NCBI RefSeq assembly: GCF_014252415.1
Contig: NZ_CP059223.1
Coordinates: forward strand, 240,001-272,000
Length of the DNA stretch: 32,000 nucleotides
Source of the DNA: Candidatus Saccharimonadota bacterium
GTDB lineage: Bacteria; Bacteroidota; Bacteroidia; Flavobacteriales; Blattabacteriaceae
Direction of reading: 5' to 3'
Made by a program: the position numbers and the translations under genes. Below, piece after piece: positions 9,359-16,166 of this stretch; position 1 is the stretch's first letter, and each line of letters begins with the position of its first letter. The notes under the pieces are model-generated. The model did not search any database. It was given only the letters and a program-made list of their open reading frames with translations, and was not told the DNA's origin.

Positions 9359-9982
9359 TTATATATCTATGCTGTAGACTAAATAATAATTTTCTAATTT
9401 TTTATAAAATGCAGTAAATTTTTTGCTACAATATTTTTTTATGATCCAACATTGAATAGAATGATCTTTTTTTATGCAAAAAGGAGAAACTTTATAATGA
9501 TTTAAAAAATTGTAATAAGTACCCCCATTTAATTTATATAAACTTTCTTTTATTCCCCATATAATATGTAAATAATCTTTTTCAGATTTTTTTTTTAAAA
9601 AAAAATTTTCATCTTTTCTAACAAATTTTTTCTTTATTTTTGTTATTTTTTCTCTATATTTTTCTATATCTATTCCAACATGATAAGAACTAATTGCTAT
9701 AGCAATTCTTTCATAAGAATGACTTAAAGAAAAATATTTTTTTTTTCCTTTGTATATAAAAAAATTATTATTATATAATGAATTTATTTTTATTCTCATA
9801 TACCTTAAAATAAAACGAGTTCCTATAAATTCTATTTTTCTTTTATCTGATAAAGAAAGAAAAATTTTTCTTTCTTTATCATTTAATAATAATAATTGTT
9901 TAAAATTTGTGGTATTTAAATATTTATTCCATTTTATTACTATAATCTTTGTATGAATTTCATCAAATTTAGTATTTTTCAT
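9359..9982 (-). CDS. 4'-phosphopantetheinyl transferase, Sfp-type
   Basis: 207 aa with the PPTase motifs GIDIEKY and WGIKESLYKL (W..KE...K). The size fits Sfp-type enzymes rather than AcpS-type. Confidence 0.65.
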   Translation of the reverse strand: MKNTKFDEIHTKIIVIKWNKYLNTTNFKQLLLLNDKERKIFLSLSDKRKIEFIGTRFILRYMRIKINSLYNNNFFIYKGKKKYFSLSHSYERIAIAISSYHVGIDIEKYREKITKIKKKFVRKDENFFLKKKSEKDYLHIIWGIKESLYKLNGGTYYNFLNHYKVSPFCIKKDHSIQCWIIKKYCSKKFTAFYKKLENYYLVYSIDI

Positions 9983-10003
9983 AATTTAATATTTTTGATT
10001 GTT

Positions 10004-11005
10004 ATGAAAAAAAAAATTGAGGAAACATTAAAAAATATATTTATTAATAATAAAAATATAATTGAATTAAATTTTTTAAAAAAAATAGATGTATTAAATA
10101 ACAAAATTATTATTTATTTAGATTTACCAAATCCTACTATGCATTTGAAAAATAAAATAGAAAAAGAAATTTTATTATCATTAGATCATGTCATACAAAA
10201 GAAAATATATATAAAAATTAATGTAAAATTAAATAATATAAAAAAAAATTCTTCGAAAATAAAAAATATAATTGCTATAGCATCCGGTAAAGGAGGCGTT
10301 GGTAAATCTACAATCTCATCTATAATGGCAGTTAGTTTAATAAAAATGGGATTTAATGTAGGACTATTAGATGCCGATATTTATGGGCCTTCAATACCAT
10401 TAATATTTAATATTGATATACATAATCAATCCATTTTGTATAAAAATGGATTTTTGAACCCTATTTTTATTAAAGGACTAAAAATTTTATCTATGGGATT
10501 TTTTTCAAAATATGGACAAGCAATTGTATGGAGAGGTCCCTTGGTTACAAAAGTTTTAATGCAATTTATTTATAAAACTAATTGGGGGGATCTTGATTTT
10601 TTAATTATAGATCTTCCACCAGGAACTGGTGATATTCATTTATCTATTGCACAACAAGATTTTTTTTTAAAAGGAGTAGTTATAATAAGTACACCTCATC
10701 AATTATCTTTTTCAGATGTATCAAGAACTATAAAAATGTATAAAATAAGATCAATAAATATTCCAATATTAGGAATTATTGAAAATATGTCATTTTTCTT
10801 TATAAAAAAAAATAAATATTATTTATATGGAAAAAATCATGTAAGAGAATTTTCAAAAAAAATGAATTTATCTTTTTTAGGAGAAATTCCTTTTTTACAG
10901 GAAATACAAAATGTTATTGACATTGGTATTTTTAATGTATTAAACAATAATATTATATATAATAATTTTGAAAAAATTATAAAATGTATTATAAACCAAT
11001 TATAG
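10004..11005 (+). CDS. apbC: Fe-S cluster carrier ATPase Mrp/ApbC (NBP35 family)
   Basis: Deviant Walker A IAIASGKGGVGKSTIS, DADIYGPSIP, DLPPGTGD. I prefer the start at ATG 10004 (MKKKIEETLKN...). The track start at 9953 would overlap the divergent PPTase gene. Confidence 0.85.
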   Translation: MKKKIEETLKNIFINNKNIIELNFLKKIDVLNNKIIIYLDLPNPTMHLKNKIEKEILLSLDHVIQKKIYIKINVKLNNIKKNSSKIKNIIAIASGKGGVGKSTISSIMAVSLIKMGFNVGLLDADIYGPSIPLIFNIDIHNQSILYKNGFLNPIFIKGLKILSMGFFSKYGQAIVWRGPLVTKVLMQFIYKTNWGDLDFLIIDLPPGTGDIHLSIAQQDFFLKGVVIISTPHQLSFSDVSRTIKMYKIRSINIPILGIIENMSFFFIKKNKYYLYGKNHVREFSKKMNLSFLGEIPFLQEIQNVIDIGIFNVLNNNIIYNNFEKIIKCIINQL

Positions 11006-11038
11006 ATTATACTAAGATGTTATTAATTTTAAATTAGA

Positions 11039-12055
11039 TCATGTAATTACATCAACCTCTCTTGATAATATGACCCCTAATTTTTTTTTTACATCTTGAA
11101 TAATTTTTTCTGAAATAGAATATATTTGCATTCCATTTGCTTTTCCATGATTTAACAAAATTATTGGATATTTTTCATATATTTCCACATCACCTATTCT
11201 TTTTCCTTTCCATCCTACATATTCAATTAACCAATTTGTAGATATTTTAATCATACTTTTAATAGGGGTTCCAATAATATTGGGATAACGAATTTTTAAT
11301 TTTTTAAAAAAGTTTTTTTCTACTATAGGATTTGTAAAAAAGCTTCCTGCATTTCCAATATTTTTTGGATCTGGTATCTTTTTTTTTCTAATAGAAGCTA
11401 TAATTTTTATTAGATCATTACTAGTAGGATTTTTTATTTTTAATAAATTTATTTTTTCTTTAACATCAGTATGATTTATATTTAATTTTTCGAAATTTTT
11501 TTTCAATATAAAAAAAACTGATAAGATTAAATATTTATTTTTATTTTTTTTGAAAATAGAATTACGATATGAAAATTTACATTCTTTACGTGTAAGTTCC
11601 AATATTTTTTTTTTGATTGTATCATAGACTTCTACTTTTAGAATAAAATTTTTTATTTCTACTCCATATGCCCCAATATTTTGTATTGGTGATACTCCAA
11701 TTGTTCCAGGAATAAAATATAAATTTTCTAATCCATAGAATCCTTTATTTATAGTCCATTCTACAAAATTATTCCAATTTTCTCCAGAAAATGCTTTTAC
11801 GATAACTTTATTTTTAGTTTCATAAACTATTTTTATTCCCTTAATTTCCATTTTCATAATTAATCCTGGATAATAATTATTTAAGAATAATACATTACTA
11901 CCATTGCCCAGTATTCGTTTAGGAATAAAAATATATTGATCATATATTTTTATAAGATCATATATATTTTTTATGATTACGAAATAACGAGTATAAACAT
12001 TAATTCCAAATGTATTAAATTTTTTTAATGAAAAATTTTTTTTAATTATTAACAT
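11039..12055 (-). CDS. murB: UDP-N-acetylenolpyruvoylglucosamine reductase MurB
   Basis: LKKFNTFGINV..., FAD-binding GNGSNVLF, GNAGSFFTNP, and typical length (338 aa). Confidence 0.85.
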   Translation of the reverse strand: MLIIKKNFSLKKFNTFGINVYTRYFVIIKNIYDLIKIYDQYIFIPKRILGNGSNVLFLNNYYPGLIMKMEIKGIKIVYETKNKVIVKAFSGENWNNFVEWTINKGFYGLENLYFIPGTIGVSPIQNIGAYGVEIKNFILKVEVYDTIKKKILELTRKECKFSYRNSIFKKNKNKYLILSVFFILKKNFEKLNINHTDVKEKINLLKIKNPTSNDLIKIIASIRKKKIPDPKNIGNAGSFFTNPIVEKNFFKKLKIRYPNIIGTPIKSMIKISTNWLIEYVGWKGKRIGDVEIYEKYPIILLNHGKANGMQIYSISEKIIQDVKKKLGVILSREVDVIT

Positions 12056-12147
12056 TAAAATTAAAAGTTAAATAAATTTAATTTTGTTTGTAAATAATGT
12101 AATGATTAAATTTATTGATAAACATATAAATATAAAATTATTTTTTT

Positions 12148-12414
12148 ATGAAAAAAGGAGGAAATTTTTTTATGGGAATTATTATTGGTACTATAACTGG
12201 ATTAGCAATGGGTATTATGTTTTATCCAAGAAAAGAAAATAAATTTAAAAATATTTTTAATAAAAAAACTGAAACTTTAAAAGAAAATTTACAAAATATT
12301 AAAAAAAAAATTGGAAAAAAAATAGATACGATAAAATCAGATTTTGAAATACAATGGAAAAAACATAAAAATAAGAATGATATAGATAAAATAGAGGATG
12401 AATTAGGTACTTAA
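12148..12414 (+). CDS. YtxH-domain small membrane-anchored protein
   Basis: 88 aa. The N-terminal glycine-zipper TM segment GIIIGTITGLAMGIMFYP is followed by a charged helical tail, the YtxH layout. Confidence 0.5.
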   Translation: MKKGGNFFMGIIIGTITGLAMGIMFYPRKENKFKNIFNKKTETLKENLQNIKKKIGKKIDTIKSDFEIQWKKHKNKNDIDKIEDELGT

Positions 12415-12418
12415 TGTA

Positions 12419-12739
12419 ATGTTTTATTTTATAAAAAAACTTATTTATGATAAATTAAATATTATTAAAAAAAAATTTTTTCAAATATTTATTTTAATCG
12501 CAACTGAAATATTAGTAAATATTTATTTAATGATATTTTTTAGTATTGTAATATTTCTTAGTGTAATATCTTTATGTTTTTTTTTATCTATTTATGTTGG
12601 AAATTACTTTATTGGATTTAGTACAATAACTATACTATTTTTATTAATTTCTATTTTAATTTTTTTATCATTTAGAAATAGTATACGAATTTTTATAAAA
12701 AATTTTATAAAAAAATCTATTAAAAAAAACATAAAATAA
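12419..12739 (+). CDS. Small hypothetical membrane protein (2 predicted TM segments; possibly Holin-X-like family often next to YtxH genes in Bacteroidota)
   Basis: 106 aa ORF packed tightly between ytxH-like (4 nt gap) and rlmB (2 nt gap). It has two long hydrophobic stretches and Lys-rich termini. The coding call rests on packing and hydrophobicity only. Confidence 0.35.
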   Translation: MFYFIKKLIYDKLNIIKKKFFQIFILIATEILVNIYLMIFFSIVIFLSVISLCFFLSIYVGNYFIGFSTITILFLLISILIFLSFRNSIRIFIKNFIKKSIKKNIK

Positions 12740-12741
12740 TT

Positions 12742-13500
12742 ATGAAAAATTTTAATATTATTTATGGAATACATTCTTTAATAGGTGCAATTCAATCTGG
12801 AAAAAAATTAAAAAAAATATTTTTTATTAAAGAGACTAAAAAATCATCTTCTTTATATAGAAAATTAATTAAAATTTCTAAAAAAAATAATATACCAATT
12901 CAATTTGTTAAAAATATAAGTATTAACTCAATAAAAAATAAAAACCATCAAGGAGTTTTTGCTTATATTTCCAATATAAAAATGTTTCAATTAAAAAGTA
13001 TATTACCTTCTTTAAAAAAAAAAAAAAAAGATCCTATTCTAGTTATTTTAGATCGAATTACAGATGTAAGAAATTTCGGGGCTATTACAAGAACTTCTGT
13101 ATGTGCTGGGGCTGACGCAATTATCGTTACTAGAAAAGGAACTATATCAATAGGAGCTGATTCTGTCAAAACTTCTTCGGGGGCTTTATTTGAAATACCA
13201 ATATGTAGAGAAAATAATTTAAATAATACCATAAAATTTTTAATTGAAAATAGATTTAAAATAATTTCTACAACAGAAAAATCTAATTTAAATTGGTGTG
13301 ATATTAATTTATTAGGACCTATTGCTTTAATTTTTGGAAATGAAAGTAATGGTATATCTAATAAATATTTAATATCTTCTTCTAATCAAATAAAAATTCC
13401 ATCTATGAAGAAAAATTTATTATCGTTAAATGTATCTGTAGCTTGTGGTATTATTTTGTATGAAATTTTAAGACAAAGAAATTTCTATAAAAAAAATTAA
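12742..13500 (+). CDS. rlmB: 23S rRNA (guanosine-2'-O)-methyltransferase RlmB (SpoU/TrmH family)
   Basis: IYGIHSLIGAIQSGKKLKKIF N-terminal domain; SPOUT motifs LDRITDVRNFGAITRT, FGNESNGIS, SLNVSVACGIILYE. Confidence 0.8.
   Translation: MKNFNIIYGIHSLIGAIQSGKKLKKIFFIKETKKSSSLYRKLIKISKKNNIPIQFVKNISINSIKNKNHQGVFAYISNIKMFQLKSILPSLKKKKKDPILVILDRITDVRNFGAITRTSVCAGADAIIVTRKGTISIGADSVKTSSGALFEIPICRENNLNNTIKFLIENRFKIISTTEKSNLNWCDINLLGPIALIFGNESNGISNKYLISSSNQIKIPSMKKNLLSLNVSVACGIILYEILRQRNFYKKN
13014..13029 (+). repeat. 16-nt uninterrupted poly(A) tract inside rlmB (encodes LKKKKK)
   Basis: Counted directly: A at every position 13014-13029, in frame as tta aaa aaa aaa aaa aaa. Confidence 0.95.
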
Positions 13501-14480
13501 AATTCATTTTTAAATTGACTTAAAAAACGAATATCATTTTTAAAAAAAATTCTAATATCTTTTATATTATAAATTATCATAGTTAAACGTTCTATACCTA
13601 AACCAAACGCAAAACCAGTATATAAATTAGAGTCTATATTTACATTTTTTAATACTTGTGGATCTATAATTCCACATCCCATAATTTCTAACCATTTGTT
13701 GTCATAAAATATATCCACCTCTGCACTAGGTTCAGTAAATGGAAAATAAGAAAGTCTAAATCTTATTTTTACTTTACCAAATAATAGATTAATCATATAT
13801 TGAATAGTCTCTTTTAAATCACAAAAAGAAACATTTTTATTAACATAAAATCCTTCAACTTGATGAAACATATAATTTGAATTATATGAAACTGTTTCAT
13901 TACGATATACTTTTCCTAAAGAAAAAACTTTAAAAGGTGGAGAATTTTTTTTCATATATCTTATTTGTACAGAAGATGTATGTGTACGTAATAAAAAATC
14001 TGGATTTTTTTGTAAAAAAAATGTATCTTGCATATCTCTAGATGGATGTAATATAGGAATATTTAAAGCAGTAAAATTATGCCAATCATCTTCTATTTCA
14101 TTACCATCCACACAATAAAAACCCATATAATAAAGTATTTTTATTATTTTATTTTTTATAATAGATATTGGATGTAAAGATCCAATATTTGTAAATTTAC
14201 CTGGAATTGTTATGTCAAATTTATTTCTATTTATATTTTTTATTTTAATATAATTTTTTAAAATTTTTTCTTTGATTTCATTTTTTAATTTATTTAAAAT
14301 TATTCCTATTTTTTTTCTATCAGAAATAGGAATATATTTTATTTTTTTTATAAATAATGTTATAATTCCATTTTTTTTACCTAAAAATTTGATTTTGAAT
14401 TTTTTAATATCATCAATTGTTTTTGGATTAAAAAATTTTATATCATTTTTAATTTTGTTAATTGTTTCAATATTATTCAT
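13497..14480 (-). CDS. pheS: Phenylalanine--tRNA ligase alpha subunit
   Basis: HPSRDMQDTFF, LLRTHTSSVQIR, FRLSYFPFTEPSAEVD, GFAFGLGIERL. Confidence 0.92.
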   Translation of the reverse strand: MNNIETINKIKNDIKFFNPKTIDDIKKFKIKFLGKKNGIITLFIKKIKYIPISDRKKIGIILNKLKNEIKEKILKNYIKIKNINRNKFDITIPGKFTNIGSLHPISIIKNKIIKILYYMGFYCVDGNEIEDDWHNFTALNIPILHPSRDMQDTFFLQKNPDFLLRTHTSSVQIRYMKKNSPPFKVFSLGKVYRNETVSYNSNYMFHQVEGFYVNKNVSFCDLKETIQYMINLLFGKVKIRFRLSYFPFTEPSAEVDIFYDNKWLEIMGCGIIDPQVLKNVNIDSNLYTGFAFGLGIERLTMIIYNIKDIRIFFKNDIRFLSQFKNEF

Positions 14481-14579
14481 TATTTAAATTATTTATTACG
14501 ATTATTAATTTTCATAATAATTTTTTAAAGAATTTTTTGTTTTAATTACTGTATTGTACTTAAAATTAATTAAATAAAT

Positions 14580-14603
14580 TATAATTAAATGTATAATTAA
14601 ATG
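14580..14603. repeat. Perfect 12-bp tandem duplication TATAATTAAATG x2 in the pheS/cvpA divergent spacer
   Basis: Read directly: 14580-14591 is identical to 14592-14603. Confidence 0.9.
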
Positions 14604-14649
14604 ATTCTATCGCATATATTTAAGGTTATTTTTATAATAAATTATTATT

Positions 14650-15156
14650 ATGACTTTATTAGATATTATTATATTAATTATAACTATAATCGGAGGATTT
14701 TATGGATATAAAAGTGGATTAATTTCTCAATTTTCTTTTCCTATTACATTTATAATATTAATATATAAAGGTTATTACATATTTATAAGATATAAAAATC
14801 TATTGCATAATTATATAAATAATAAAATATATTTATTAACATGTTCTACAATTATTTCAATAATTTCTGTAATTTTTTTCGTTCATATACTTAATAAATC
14901 AATAAAATTAATTATCACAATGACATGGATGAAACCTATTGATCAATTAGGAGGGATGATGTTCGGTTTAATAAAATATTTTTTATATATTTCTACTTTT
15001 TTGTTTTTCATTAAAAAATTTAATCAGATAACTAAATTTACTTATGATGGTTTTTTTCACAGTGTTATAGAAAAAAAATTAGAATTGCTATTATATAAAA
15101 GAGAATCAATATTTAAATCTTTATTTGATCAAATCAATACATTACTAAAATTTTAA
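14650..15156 (+). CDS. cvpA: CvpA-family membrane protein
   Basis: 168 aa with 4 hydrophobic segments. The N terminus MTLLDIIILIITIIGGFYGYKSGLISQ is typical of CvpA. Confidence 0.6.
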   Translation: MTLLDIIILIITIIGGFYGYKSGLISQFSFPITFIILIYKGYYIFIRYKNLLHNYINNKIYLLTCSTIISIISVIFFVHILNKSIKLIITMTWMKPIDQLGGMMFGLIKYFLYISTFLFFIKKFNQITKFTYDGFFHSVIEKKLELLLYKRESIFKSLFDQINTLLKF

Positions 15157-15161
15157 ATAAT

Positions 15162-16166
15162 ATGAATTTGAAAAAAAAAATATTTTCTATACAATCAAAC
15201 AAAGATTTTGAAAAAATAGTATTTAAAATTTTTAATTTTCATATGAAAAATAATGATATATATAATTATTATATAAAATTGATGAAAATAAATATAGAAA
15301 AAATTGAAAATATTTATGATATACCTTTTTTACCAATATCTTTATTTAAAACACATTTAATCACTATAAATAAATCTATTATAAAAAAATGTAAAAGTCA
15401 ATATGATACAATTTTTATTAGTAGTGGAACTACGGGAAAAAAAAGTAAACATTATATAAATGATATAAATATTTATACTAATAGTATAAAAAATGGATTT
15501 GAATTATTTTATGGACCAATAAATAATTTTTTATTTTTAGGAATTTTTCCAAATTATAAAAAAAATTCATCATTAATTTATATGATGAATTTTTTTATAA
15601 ATAAAACATCCAAAAATGGGAGTAAATTTATTTTTTATCCATATGATCAACTTGATATTGAAAGTATAATCGAAAATAGTTATAATAAAACTATTTTAGT
15701 TTTTGGATTAAGTTATTCCTTATTAGATTTTATAAAAAAATTTAAATATAATATTTTCTCAAAAAAAAATATAATTGTTATGGAAACCGGGGGGATGAAG
15801 GGAAAAAGAGAAGAAATAACAAGAGATGAATTACATTTTATTCTAAAAAATTTTTTTTCAGTGAACCATATTCATTCAGAATATGGTATGACTGAAATGC
15901 TTTCCCAAGCATATTCAAAAAATATGGGAGATTTTAAATGTCCACCATGGATGAATGTATACATAAGAGAGACAGAAGATCCTTTTTATCATATAAAAAA
16001 TAATAATGTAATAGGTGGAATAAATATTATTGATTTATCTAATTACTTATCTTGTCCTTTTATATCTACTGATGATTTAGGTTTAAAAGTAGATATAAAT
16101 AAATTTAAAGTATTAGGTAGAATAGATTTTTCAGATTTAAGAGGATGTAATTCTATGGTTTTTTAA
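15162..16166 (+). CDS. LuxE/PaaK-like acyl-protein synthetase family protein (adenylate-forming; physiological substrate unknown)
   Basis: IPFLPISLFK, FISSGTTGKKSKHY (AMP-binding-like), VMETGGMKGKREE, HSEYGMTEMLSQAYS, DLRGCN at the C terminus. This matches my memory of the Bacteroidota 'acyl transferase / LuxE' family. Confidence 0.55.
   Translation: MNLKKKIFSIQSNKDFEKIVFKIFNFHMKNNDIYNYYIKLMKINIEKIENIYDIPFLPISLFKTHLITINKSIIKKCKSQYDTIFISSGTTGKKSKHYINDINIYTNSIKNGFELFYGPINNFLFLGIFPNYKKNSSLIYMMNFFINKTSKNGSKFIFYPYDQLDIESIIENSYNKTILVFGLSYSLLDFIKKFKYNIFSKKNIIVMETGGMKGKREEITRDELHFILKNFFSVNHIHSEYGMTEMLSQAYSKNMGDFKCPPWMNVYIRETEDPFYHIKNNNVIGGINIIDLSNYLSCPFISTDDLGLKVDINKFKVLGRIDFSDLRGCNSMVF

Noticed and set aside
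9750-9956. 68-aa ORF antisense to the PPTase gene, and the 9953 start of the apbC track ORF
   Set aside because: The antisense ORF is low-complexity. The 17-codon N-terminal extension of apbC (MNFIKFSIFHNLIFLIV) overlaps the PPTase start and resembles no Mrp N terminus. ATG 10004 fits better.
12155-12161. AAGGAGG ten nt upstream of an internal ATG (12172), as a Shine-Dalgarno site defining a shorter YtxH protein
   Set aside because: No other gene in the window has an SD-like element, as expected for Bacteroidota. The motif simply encodes Lys-Gly-Gly, and YtxH proteins usually have a short N-terminal segment before the glycine-zipper helix. The 12148 start is kept, though the alternative is not excluded.
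12987-13232. 81-aa ORF antisense to rlmB; similar antisense ORFs at 14272..14487 (pheS), 17456..17677 (PiT), 23492..23680 (gyrB) and 26031..26231 (rpsP/truB tail)
   Set aside because: All are embedded opposite strongly supported genes, have no motifs, and are expected by chance or by codon mirroring.
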